Positions 1 through 11,950 of a DNA stretch of 64,000 nt are shown here, piece after piece. Origin of the DNA: Octopus vulgaris (Eukaryota). Where the stretch lies: assembly GCA_951406725.2 (NCBI GenBank), contig OX597815.1:88102001-88166000 (forward strand), in the 5' to 3' direction. A program made the position numbers and the translations under genes. Position 1 is the first letter of the stretch, and the number at the start of each line of letters is the position of its first letter. The notes beneath the pieces are model-generated. The model had not been told where the DNA came from. It did not search any database and was given only the letters and a program-made list of their open reading frames with translations.

Positions 1-1457
1 GCAGTAGGTCATAATTTGGATGAATGGATTTTATTGTTGCAAATAGGTGTGTTATACACATCCATGATAAATCATTGCAGTAGTAGTCTTTCCAAATTAG
101 TATCACTATTGCTACTTCTGCAGTTAATTGATTGTATCTTTAGTTGCCAATATTAAGAATCTATTTATTTTCAGGAATACCAATTCATTACTTGAAGAGA
201 TCTCATGTTATCTCTATGTAATGTGTTAAGTATTTACTTTCTCCAATCCAGTTCATAATGCATATCATTAATGTATATTTAAGCAATTGAGCAAATCCTG
301 GTTATTTATTTTCAGGACAAAGTAAATTTGAATCTAATCTGTGTATTTTATGGGTATATGCACCATTTTTATTTGAATTGTTCTTTTTGGTGCCTAATAA
401 TTCTGAGGATGTAAAAGCTAAAGCTGAGCTATTAAGTCATAGTCTATGTTTTGAAGCTAATATCCTTTACATTAAATAGATCTACATATTAAAGTTAAAA
501 GTTCTTTAATTGCTGAAGATGAGTCTTGAATAGGTGTCCCATTACTACAACAGAATGGGAACTTAAAATTTGCATTTGAGTTGCTTGCAATTCTTTAATT
601 TAAGCATCTTATTGTTCTACATTTTAAAACCGTCTTTCCAATTTTTCTTATTGTATTTGAAATAGTCATGTCTTGCTGAACTTCTTGCATTCTTCTTATA
701 CTAGATCTTCATGTTCAGTCTCTGTCTTGTCTGTGTTATATGTGACCTGTAGTTGCTTATACCTTTTCGTTAGCCTCTGTTCTTCTGTGATTTTTCTGGC
801 TTTGTAGTCTTTATTCTAGGATTTGTGAGTTACAACAAACACATTCTGTCTTGTTTAACCGACATCTTGTTGCAATGGTTAACATTGTTTGATTTCTAAT
901 TTTGACATTTTATTCTTAATTTTTTGCTGCACCTAAATTTAAACTGAAGTCAATTCCTGTTTATAGTGTTAAGAAATGAAATTTAGGAAAGCAAGAACTG
1001 AAAATGAAGCTTAGAAAACTAAAACAGTAATTCGTTATGAAAATTGTCAAAATATAAGATGCAAGACTTTAAATGACAAAGTTACAATTAATTATATTAT
1101 TAAATATTCAAAAGCACTACATTGGCTAAACCAAACAATAAGATAAAAAATTTGAAGAAGTTAGTAAAAATTAATATATTATTAATGAAAAGGCATGAGA
1201 AATGTTTTCAAAATATAAAATGTATAATGTAGGACTTGTTGAATAAAACATTAAATGTAATAAAGGAAAATTAATAATAACAATAGATATTGCAAATGTT
1301 TAAATCATGCATATATTCAAACCTCCAAACAATAATTCTTAAAGGAAAATATAGAAATTATCAAATTGTAAAAATATGATCACAAATGTTGTAGTTATAA
1401 AGTTAGTCAATATTCAGTGATGTTGTGGAAAGAAAATGTGAAAACTAGATGAATATA

Positions 1458-3830
1458 CAGTAGAAACTCAGTTCACAACACCTCTCATGATGAGCAAATC
1501 AATTTACAAACAATTTTTTTTAACATAAAATATCTTTGGCGACAAATGGTGTAACAAGCATGCAAACTGGAAACAGTAGTTTGGGACAAGCTGGGAGGAT
1601 CAGCTGGAGAGCATCAGTTGTTGTCTAGCTCAGTGCATATCTCTGCTCAAATTCACTATGCATTCTCTTGAATTTGATTGGTTTGTGTTTCTTTTTATAA
1701 ATTATTAGATTAGATAAGATACCATGGGACCAAAGAATGATAATGATAGCCAAGTGAAAAGAAAGGAATTCTGATAGAGGTGAAGAAAGAAATTATAGTC
1801 AGGCATGATAATGTTGTTCATGTCTCTAATCTTGCTATGCAGTTTGGTATGTCAAAATCAATGATCTGTACTATTCTCAAAAATAAAGAGCCGATCAAAG
1901 GAGCCAATGTTGCAAGAGGAGTTACAGTTCTTACTAAACAAAGATCACAAATGATTGAATAATTGAAGAAATTGCTGCTGATTTGGAATAACCAGAAACA
2001 TTCTGCATTTCTGAGAGTATCATCTGTGAAAAAGCAAAACAATTGCATGATGACCTGGTAGGAAAATATCCTCATATCAGTACTGATATTAATGTTTTCC
2101 AAGCTAGCAGAGGGTGGTTTGAGAATTCTAAGAAAAAAATTAGCATACACAGTGTGGCTAGACATGGGGAAGCTGCAAGTGTTAACCAAGAAGCTGCTAA
2201 GAAACTTGTGCATGATTTTAGTAATTACAGAGAATCATGATGTTGTAGGAGAGAAATGTGTCTGCATGGATGATGATTCTCTTGAGCTAAATGGGGCTGC
2301 AAAGAGAGAGGTTTGGAGATGCCACTACGAAAGGTTGCTGAATAAAGAAAATGAATGGGAGAAAGAGAATCTGCCGAATGTTGACCCAACAGAGGGACCA
2401 GCTATCTGAGTTGAGAGTACCTTGGTAGATAAAGCAATTAAAAGTATGAAGACTAAGAAAGCCTCCAGCCCATCAGGAATTACTGTACAGATGCTCAAAA
2501 TATCTGGCAGTGTCAGGTATAGCCTGGTCACCCATGTAGTTAACCAGGTAATACACGAAGGAGTCATGCCCATTGACTGGTGTAACAGCATAATAGTCAA
2601 CTGCTACAAAGGTAAAGGTGACTAACTGGGAGGATATGGGAGGATAGTTTTTGTATGTGGCAGATGCTCGAGAGCTATAAATAACACTGAAAATGTGAAG
2701 AGAACAACTTCCACCACATTCCAGGGAGAAAAACTAGAAGTAGTTGATAGCTTCCATTACCTAGGTGACCAAGTCAGTAGAGGGGGAGGGTGCACCGAAA
2801 GTGTAGCTGCTAGAATAAGAATAGCCTGGGCTAAGTTCAGAGAGCTCTTACCTCTGCTGTTGACAAAGGGCCTCCCGCTCAGAGTAAAAGGTAAACTGTG
2901 CGATGTGTGTATGGGATGAGGTGGTGAAGCATGACCTTCAAACATTGGGCCTCACCAAGGCAATGACTAGTGACCGGGACCTCTGGAAATATGCTGTGCT
3001 TGAGAATACTTGGCAAGCACAAGTGAGACCATAACCTTGTGGCCTATGCCAGGGGTGTAACCAGTCCACTTATGCGTGCCTTTCCTTCATTGGACACTAA
3101 ACTCTGCTTGCAAAGACCTGTTGAGGCAAGTGAAATTGAAATCGAAATCGATGACTGGCATCCATGCTAGTGGAGCACTAAGAGTACCATACGAGTGAGA
3201 TTGTTGCCAGAGCAACAAGCTAGCCTCTGTGCCGATGGCACATTAAAAACACCATTCGAGCGTGATCGTTACCTGCGTTGCCTTACTAGCATTTGTGCTG
3301 GTAGCACGTGAAAAAAACATTCGAGCGAGGTCGTTACCAGTGCTGCTGGACTGGCTCTTGTGCAGGTGGCACATAAAAAGCACCATTTGAGCATGGCCAT
3401 TGCCAGTACCACCTAACTGGCCCTAGTGCCGGTGGCACGTAAAAGCATCCACTACACTTTCGGAGTGGTCGGCGTTAGGAAGGGCATCCAGCTATAGAAA
3501 CTATGCCAGATCAGATTGGAGTCAGGTGCAGCCATCTGGTTTGCCAGACCTCAGTCAAATCATCCAACCCATGCTTGCATGGAAAGTAGACGTTAAACGA
3601 TGATGATGATGACGATGTTGAAGAATTTCTTTCTCAGCAAGTGTTTAACTGTGATGAAACCAGTCTTTTCTGGAGAAAAATGCCAAGGAGGATATGCATC
3701 ACCTAAGAGGAGAAAGTATTACCAGGACACAAACCAGTGAAGGACAGACTGACTCTTTTGCTATGTGGTAATGCAGGTGGAAACTTTGAGCTCAAACCAT
3801 TACTTGTGTACCACTCAGACAATCCGAGGC
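1458..3830 (+). mobile_element. Tigger/pogo DNA transposon relic (5' part), interrupted by an RTE insertion and truncated at 3830
   Basis: TA followed by CAGTAGAAACTC terminal repeat at 1456-1469; decayed transposase with HTH (KKEII..LAMQFGMSKSMICTILKNK) and CENP-B HTH (FQASRGWF...HGEAAS); resumes after 3615 with QQVFNCDETSLFWRKMP...KDRLTLLLCGNAGG...KPLLVYHS.NPR. Confidence 0.9.
2230..3613 (+). mobile_element. RTE-clade LINE, 5'-truncated with two internal deletions, nested in the Tigger
   Basis: DVVGEKC..WRCHYERLLN, P.GITVQMLK, YKGKGD, LEVVDSFHYLG, RIRIAWAKFREL; 3' UTR ends ccaacccatgc..gcatggaaag..gacgttaaac(GAT)n. Confidence 0.92.
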
Positions 3831-3831
3831 T

Positions 3832-3900
3832 GTTTATCTCGTCCCCTCCGACTTTAGTTCATGCAATTGAAAAAACCGCATCATCTGTGGGATAACTCAA
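3832..3900 (-). mobile_element. Terminal 70-bp fragment of the same mariner family as 59917-61089
   Basis: gtttatctcgtcccctccgacttt..caattgaaaaaaccgcatcatctgtgggataactcaa-TA aligns to 61020-61091. Confidence 0.75.
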
Positions 3901-5384
3901 TATCTATATACACATATATAGTTTTCCACTGAATTTTGGTTTAGAAAAAAACAAAATTAAATATTATTATTTAACAATTGAAGATGTCATATATTTGCAA
4001 GAATATTCTTAAACATTAAAAATTGTGGGTGTGGAGCGAGAGAGAATATATGAGCAATCTGTTCATAAATATATATGTAAACAATGAGCTTGGCTATATA
4101 ACATCCTAGGCTCTATAGGACTGAGATATAATGTCTTCACATATCAAGAAAAACTTTGGGATTACATCTCACACTGTCCTGTGTTGGTTATTTTTTGCAC
4201 TATTTCACTTTCCCTCTCTCTTCTGATGACTTGTAACATTATCAAAACTGCATTACAAAGACTGATTCCTTTTTTTTTGCCCTGTGTATTATCCATTTCT
4301 TAGGAACAATGTTTCTGCTACACATACACAAACATCTTAGGCAACATTTCTAAAATGGTCATTTGGCAATAATTCACTCACCATAAAAACATGGACACAT
4401 GCTGCTTTCTCTTCTTTCCAGTTGCCATCTGCTCTTCTGAACTAGCTAACTGTGTACTGTTTCCACATCTTATCTAACCCAATTGTCTTTCTTTCTCCTA
4501 TCACGCTTAGTGCTTTATCTCCCTAAACTATACACAAAACACTTCACAGCCTTTCTGCTATCTTCTGGAATATTCTCCCACAGATATTGACTTGGGGGTT
4601 TTCAAGTTTGTCATCTATATCAATCTCATCAGCCTGCAAAGGTAAAGTACTGCCTCTCCTCCTTGGATAACAGATTAATTTATTAAAAAAAAAATTATCA
4701 TATGTATACACATACATACACAAAATACATATACTTAATAGAAAGATATGGAACTTCTGTTATTAAATAGGAGACTTTTCTTTTAGGAAATTTATTGCAT
4801 TACGAAATAATAATTTTATTTTATTAGGCACAATCAGCCCCCAACAAAAAGACCTACATTTAGTCAGTTAAAATCAGCCCTAATAGATTGGTGGTATTCA
4901 TCTTCTCTTCAACTCTACTACTTTTATATATGTTACTTGCTGTTCATTAAAAATCAACATTTAAGAAAATTTATGAACATTGTAACATAATTTTGATTTG
5001 TTTGACTTTTAATATTTATTTCTAAGTATTGCAAACTATTTCATAGTGTACAAAATAATATTTTTCTCTTCAGAGACTTTCAAAGTTGCAAGTTAAAAAC
5101 CTATAAGTATATCTGGAATATTTAATAATACTTTCTTCCTTGTAATTTCATATAATTTGTACTGAATATTATATATTGGTATCTTTTTATTTCCTATAAA
5201 ACACACCCAAGAATAATTGACTTACATAATGGTTCAGGTCTCTGAATTGGAATCTCATTGCTCCACTTCTTCCTTTTTTTCTTCCCTCATTTATACATGA
5301 ATAAATTGTCCTTTAGAGGCTTATATGCTTATAAACAACTATGTTTCAATTAAAATGGATTTTTGTTTGACTTTATTGTTGTTA

Positions 5385-5582
5385 GGTTAGTAGATGGCAA
5401 AATCAGTAGAGTGCCAGATATAATGCTTTGTTGTACTTAGTAATATCTGTCTGCATTCTGAATTAAATTCCACTAATGTCTACTCTGTCTTTCATCCTCT
5501 AGGGTAGATAAAGACTAGTTAATGTTGATTATGCCCTCCCCGAAATATTTTGTGGTTTTATGCCTATATAAGAAATTGTTAT
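5385..5582 (+). mobile_element. Old, degenerate tRNA-derived SINE (family A)
   Basis: tggcaaaatcagtagag head, ttctgaattaaattcc B-box, tctttcatcctctagggtagataa core. Confidence 0.55.
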
Positions 5583-5699
5583 TTATATCGTTTAATCTGG
5601 GATTGTGTATCAGGGCTACATCATAGTAGTCATTAAAAGCACTCATGAATCTGTAATTATTATTTTTTAATAACATATCATATGTTATTATGTACTTGA

Positions 5700-6200
5700 C
5701 ATGTACTTAAGACCTTTGCTCCCTATGGATGACTCTTTGATGACACTTCTCCACTGTTCTTGACTCTGGGCTGTTTTTTCTGCTTCTTTCCAGCCAGATC
5801 CCTGCTTTTTCAATCCTGTTGTAGTATTCTAACAATTTTAGGGTGTCCTCTCTTCTGCTTCCCTTGTGGATTCCAGGTCAAAGCCTATGTGTAGTGCAAA
5901 ATGTTGGTTTACTTTCAAATATTGCTGCACCTTGCATGTTTCCCTAAGGGAAGGTCTTCCACTCCCAGTTTTTGTTGGTTTTGAATTGTGATTGATGCTT
6001 CTGTAACTTTGTCTTTAGTTACCTAGGAGTGTTGGCCCATGTAAACTCAGTTTTCCTTTTGGGAAGAAGTGGTCCATATTAGTCTAGCCTCTATCCTTTG
6101 ATTTGTTTCACGTGGGTGCTCTATCAGGAGCTTGCTCTCCACTGGCATAGCTCCCAGGTTTATTGTAACACACAAACTACCATACTGCAACAAAGATTGG
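5700..6200 (-). mobile_element. Internally deleted RTE-clade LINE of a second family
   Basis: Minus strand encodes ALTWNPQGKQKRGHPK..WKEAEKTAQSQEQWRSVI (RTE C-terminus), joined to a probable 5' UTR-like segment. Confidence 0.6.
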
Positions 6201-6310
6201 GTCTTGTATCAATATTTAAAGATATGCAAATAACTCTAAAGTCTTGCTAGCATTGTTGGTAAGAAATAACTGTTGAAGGCATCACTTCTTTTTAACTTAA
6301 AATTCAATCA

Positions 6311-6955
6311 ATCATCATCATCATCATTTAACATCCATTTTCCATTCTGGCATGGGTTGAATGGTTTGACAAGAACTGGCCAACTTAAGAGCTGCCCAGG
6401 CTCCATGTTTGTTTTGGTATCTTTTCTATAGCTGAATACCCTTCCAAATGTCAACCATTTTACAGAGTGTACTGGGTGATTTTATGCAGCACTAGCACCC
6501 ATGAGCCTGCAAGGAGAGGGATGTAGGGGACAGCCTCTATGCAGGAACATCCACACTTTTACTTAGTTTAATGTATCTTTTCAAGTACAGTAAACCACTA
6601 GGAGGCTCAGTCCTCTGCCATCCCCTCTGTGCACCCTAACGTCTGTAGATCCTTTCTCACTACTTTGTCCCACATCTTTCTGGGTCTACCCCTTCCACAA
6701 GTTCCTTCTACAATTTGAGATCATCTCCACATGATGCAGCTGTCTTCATCCATATGCATCAAATGGCTGAACCAGCACAGTCTTCTCTCTTGCACACTAC
6801 ATCTGATACCATGTATACCCAGTTTTTCTCTCAAATCACTTACACTCTGTCATATATGCACACTGACATCACACATTCATCAGAACATACTGGCTTCATC
6901 CCTTTCAAGCCTTCACATATCCACAGTAGTCATAGCCCATGTTTCATTGTCATGT
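6311..6955 (-). mobile_element. RTE LINE 3' fragment
   Basis: (CAT)n tail at 6311; minus strand ETWAMT..DM..LERDEASMF..VEGTCGRGRPRKMWDKVVRKDLQTLG. Confidence 0.85.
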
Positions 6956-7578
6956 GAAACTTAATTTGTCTAACAGTTTTTCTTGCTCAGAGAAAAGTAA
7001 AATATTGAAAATTCTACTATAACAAGGTAAAAGTATTTTATGTATCAACCACTTCTTCTAAACCTGTTTGCTAAATTGATATCGGGGATAAACGTATGGA
7101 CAGTTATGATCATACAGTTAAGTTTACTTTGCATTTGATCTCACTGCATACTCTTGGCTGACTTTTGCCAAAGCCTAGTGAAGAAAATTTAATAAGTAGA
7201 AACTATGGAAGCCTATTAGAGACACTGTTTCTATTTATGAGTGCTTCACTTCAAATGTCAGCCAGTTTCACACCACAATATAGTTTTTGGATACCGTTAG
7301 TGGAATTCACTTTGTTGCAAGTAGGTCTCCAATATGAGGATAGTTTCTCCTCTGATTGAGCCATTACAAGGGAAAAAAATTCAGATAATAGTATTCTTAT
7401 ATATTATCCACACACGCACACACATTCATCCATACAGACACACAGTATATGTTGTAAAGTTCTTTTCCTGAAAACCAATCCCAGTTGTAAATTTAGAAGT
7501 ATCAGTCATATTAATATTGAGTACTACTTGTAAAGATGCTCTCTCTCTCTCACTTACACGTACACTCACACACACACA

Positions 7579-7609
<31 letters not shown>

Positions 7610-9942
7610 GCCCTCTCCCTCACACACACACATAAAATCTGGAGTGATTCTTGGTACTTAAGCTAGGACATGCAGTTTTAAAAATGAAAACCATTTAACT
7701 GACGTAGAGTATATATAGCATGTTTGGATCCTCTTTTCAGCTGTCTCACGAAAATGAAAAGATTTTATATTAAAGTTTTTTTTTGTTGGTTTTTTTTTTT
7801 TTTGCATTCTGTATATATCTTAAGTTTGCATTACATGTCTTACATTCATGCAGGAAATGCTATATCTGTTCATTTTACGTCCATTTTTCCATGCTTGTAT
7901 GATTAATATATTATTGAGGCGTTTTATGTTCTTACCTATTTTTAAGGGATCTGCTATTTCACACATCTGTGAAAGCACAAATGCAAGCACGACAGGATTT
8001 TTTCATTTACCACCTCACAAGACTTTGTTTGGCCCAAGTTACTTTACTTGTGCTTACACACACAGTGAAATTTTCTTTTGTACAAAAGCATTAAATTACT
8101 CAATATATACAAAGGTGTATAGTCAGTTATTGCATAGGTTGAGTATTAAATGAGTAATGGCAATGTTAGTTTTACATAGCTCCACCTACCATTAGTTTGT
8201 TATTCTGTGAGAATGCATTAAATGAATGATGACTGTAGAGCAATTTGTTTCTGCAAGAGCTTACATGTTTTAAACTATACATAGGTGTTGGTTAATACAA
8301 TTTTTCGGGAGAAATTTTGGAATATGCAAACAGGATTGTATAACTACTGAACATCTAGACCACCCATCACCAGTTTGAAAGAATTAATAATAATTTGTAA
8401 ATCTAAGAATTTACTAACCACTCCCTTTATATCAAGTCTAAAATAAAATAGAATTTGAACTCAGCTCTGAAAACAGTTATTAATTTCACAGTGTTCCCAC
8501 TGTTTGCAGCAGTATGCTGTACACTTCATAATGTCTACTCACATCTTAGTGAACTGGGCTGGAAAGTGGAATTTTTCTTCTTCTTTTTATCATGAATACA
8601 ACACATTATTATTGACAAAAATAAAAACCATTGATCTTTCAGATGAAAATATGACACTTTAAGTTTTTTTCAGCTGTGAGTAACAGTATCCAAAGTAGCC
8701 ATATGGGGAACATATTTCCTGCAAGAATATCTATGTAAATATTTCATGCCTGTGTTGGGAAAAAGTATATGTAAAATACTGAAAAGCAGCCAGAATCAAC
8801 ATGACTTCAAACTGCTATTATAGCAGTTTATTCTTATAGTCACATCTTAGTGATATTTGATATGGCCAGGCAGATTTGATTGTCTTATGTTAGGATATGT
8901 AATACAATTTTGAGATATCAAACAATTGTTGTATTGTTTTCTCTTGATAAAAATAATTGAAGAAAATATTTCTAGATATAACATTTGGTAAAATAGTAAC
9001 ATTGTGTTCAAAACATTGTTATTCTTCATGTCTTATGTGACCTTTGAACTTTACTAGAAGTGTCACCTACATTTAACACATCCTAATCTTATTGAGATAT
9101 CCATAACTTCATTATGCCCCCCCCCCCCCGTATTTTCTCTTCTGAAAGACAAAACCAAGTTTATTTTTCTGTAAGATCATTTCCCATTGGAATTCATAGT
9201 CGACTGCTGTTTTCTTTTCTAGAGAAAAACATCTGCAGGAATGCCAATATTTTCTTTGGTACAGGAAGGAATTGAAAGAGACTATTAGCTTGAATCTTAT
9301 CCTTTACTCCTTGATTTAGTGACAAAAGTGATCTTCATCAGCTAGGGATTTTCATATGTGAAATGTCAGTTGAAGATTAAAATGATCTGGTTTATTCTTA
9401 TTGCTAGTTTTGTCTTGAAAAGTGTTCCGAAAGGAGATAGAATTAGTGGATTTGGAATAAAGTATATATGCTTGGAATGAAGCTGAAACCTTCGCACAGC
9501 TTCTTATCTAAATCATTTGTAAAGAAACAAATGCACAGATGATAGAAATTTCTTTTTCCTTTTTTTCTTCCATGCTATCCTAGAGAAATTGGATGTGAAG
9601 ACGATCTGTCAGAAATGTTGCCATGTAAAGTTCAGAATATTTAAATAGAAAACATCTGGTTGAATCATATTGATATTATCATTCTGAGCTGATTATATGT
9701 TTTAAGATTTCTTTTTTTTAACTTTCTTTGTATTAAATCATACATAAAGAGAATAATTTTTGACACCTTTGAGTTGAGATAATTATATCCTTTGATTTAA
9801 ACAGGGATATACATTATTATTAATAATGACAATGACAATGCTTGAAGAAAGAGATTATTTTGTGATAGCATAATTGGTTTGATCCCAGTGATACCTTTAA
9901 ATCTTATTAATATTCCTTTTCTTTCCATTTTCTTTTTTCCAG

Positions 9943-10026
9943 TGATTTACAGCTATCATGGCACTGCAGAAAAGACTTTACCCCTCACTGTTGGACAAAC
10001 TGTATATATTGAAGAAGAAACAGATG
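9943..10026 (+). CDS. DOCK1: DOCK exon w1 (84 nt, phase 1/1): SH3 N-half (V)IYSYHGTAEKTLPLTVGQTVYIEEETDG
   Basis: Polypyrimidine tract plus ccAG at 9941-42; donor GTgtgt at 10027; SH3 pattern continues in frame into the next exon (G|WYKG). Confidence 0.9.
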
Positions 10027-10195
10027 GTGTGTGACTAAATTTTTTTCTTTCTTTTCTGTCATAGATAAGATTGTCTAAGATGCACTTGTTTCAATTTGAC
10101 TAAGTAAAAAACAACACCTTGAATTTTATACCCAACTTTTCTCTTAAAAGTTTGTAGCAAATGCTCATAACACTTATTCTAATAGAGTTAAATAA

Positions 10196-10408
10196 AGTGA
10201 TGAGCTGACAGAATCATTAGCATGCCAGAAAAAATGCATAGTGACATTTCATGTTTTTACATGCTGTGTTCAAATTCCACTGAGGTTGACTTTGCCTTTC
10301 ATCCTTTCAGGATCAATAAAATAAGTACTAGTCAAGTACTGAGTCCATGTAAATGACTTCTCCCTCGCCTCAAAAACTGCTAGTTTTGTGCCAAAATTTG
10401 AAACCATT
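10196..10408 (+). mobile_element. tRNA-derived SINE family A
   Basis: gagctgacagaatcattagc head, gttcaaattcc B-box, gactttgcctttcatcctttcagg core, gtgccaaaatttgaaacc tail. Confidence 0.75.
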
Positions 10409-10781
10409 ATAATGGAGTTAAATGCAATAGTGTGTAAGTGTGTGTGCATGTGCACACCTGCATAACCAAAGCTCCAAACCCATAAACAATTTGCTTAATT
10501 CACATTATACAGTGAGTTCTTACTTCCACCACCAATCACCCCAATCAATCTCTCTTGCCCCGTCCCCTTTCATTCATTACAAACAGACATCTCTCATTTA
10601 CTGTGGTCACCTCATATACTTCTTATTCCTACCTTTTAAATAATTCACTTCCACTGACCATTATATAATTTTCTGTTTTATCAAATCACTATCGTCTAAA
10701 ACTAGATGTTTTTTATTCCTGAAAATACCTCTTGATTTCATCTATTTCTGTAGTGTAATGAATGGCTTTGGGCACATGCTA

Positions 10782-10998
10782 TAACCCTTTAGCATCCAGA
10801 TTATTCTGCCAAATGTAATACTTTTACATTCAAATTATTTTTAATTAATCATGCAAGGCAGGATTTTGTAGCTTAAAAATTTTGATGATGTGATTGTATA
10901 TTTTATAATGACATTGAAGGGTAAGTGTGATAGGCTGAATCTGGCTAGTTTGAACATAAAACAGGTAGAATATTTTGGCCTGATATGCTGAAGGGATA
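10782..10998. mobile_element. MITE with (T)TAA-CCCTTTAGCAT termini (piggyBac-type ends)
   Basis: taaccctttagcat ... atgctgaagggataa inverted termini; a related partial copy ends at about 49235 with aaagggttaa. Confidence 0.7.
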
Positions 10999-11681
10999 AT
11001 CTGAAATCAAAAATGACTATCACTCTGATTATAAATGTGCCAGACTAGTAACTGTGTCAGTGGTAGCAACTTTGTGTACTAAAAATGATACATTTATTGC
11101 TACATTCTTCACTGGGTCTAGCAAAACAGGACCTATAATATCAGAATATGAAGAGCAAATCATTTAATATAACAAATGTTAATCTCTTTTGCAAAGGTGA
11201 ATGAATTAGCTGATTATCCTTCAAGACAATATCTAATCAATTAAAGACTCTTCTGGATATAATTCAATAAGCATTTGTAAAAAAAAAAAAAAAAAAGAAC
11301 TCGTATTCTGTTTGTTTTTATTGGCATCAAATTGAGTTAATTTGTGCTACACTTCCATTCAAATAAGAAGTAGCTGCCAATTTTCCTCACAGAACACCCT
11401 TGTAATCCTAGATGCACTGTGTCTGAAACATTTGGGACAGCTGGAAAGCCTTTGCTATAAATATGTTCAATCAAGGTTGACCTGGGGTTAAGCAACATCT
11501 TCATATGATACTGATGTCTATTATTATGTCATTCACCCCCAGAATTCTTTTAGCTATATTAAATTGATTCCAGTACTTGATTGATGCTTCACCTTATAAA
11601 CTTTGAGGTAAAGTTTATCTTACCAGGATTAGAACTCAGAAAGTATCTAAATGTTGCAAGCATTTTGACTTCTAATATTGA

Positions 11682-11950
11682 TGTAGTGAATGTGGGAGAT
11701 TAGAAGGAAGACACCTACCTTCTCTTCGTTGGTGCAGACCTGTCCAGTGGTAATGTATCCTTCCACGTGGCCCGTCCTGAAACACTAAAAATAGCAGCTA
11801 CTTTCCCTCACTTTGACAAAGCACTGACACATCCTGCACTCACAGCTTCCCCAATCGAGAGGGGCACAATCTTCTCCCGCCTGTGTGCATGTCACCTGCA
11901 TGCCCTTCCTCTTCTGGTCAGCTCCCCAGTTGCTGACGTCATCCCACACA
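11682..11950 (-). repeat. 3' LTR of the Gypsy element
   Basis: TG...CA bounded; about 87% identical by eye to 15542-15808. Confidence 0.92.

Noticed and set aside
1-1440. Possible very old Penelope-like RT relic (weak ISF.IK and GVP hints)
   Set aside because: Too degenerate to support without a profile search.
3150-3455. CRISPR-like repeat/spacer pattern
   Set aside because: Spacers are homologous to each other, the array lies in an RTE 3' UTR in eukaryotic DNA, and there are no cas genes.
1-9942. First coding exon of DOCK (expected short M..W...YGV-like exon); candidate acceptors near 174, 315 and 5073
   Set aside because: No matching peptide or convincing exon found by eye; it is probably upstream of the window.
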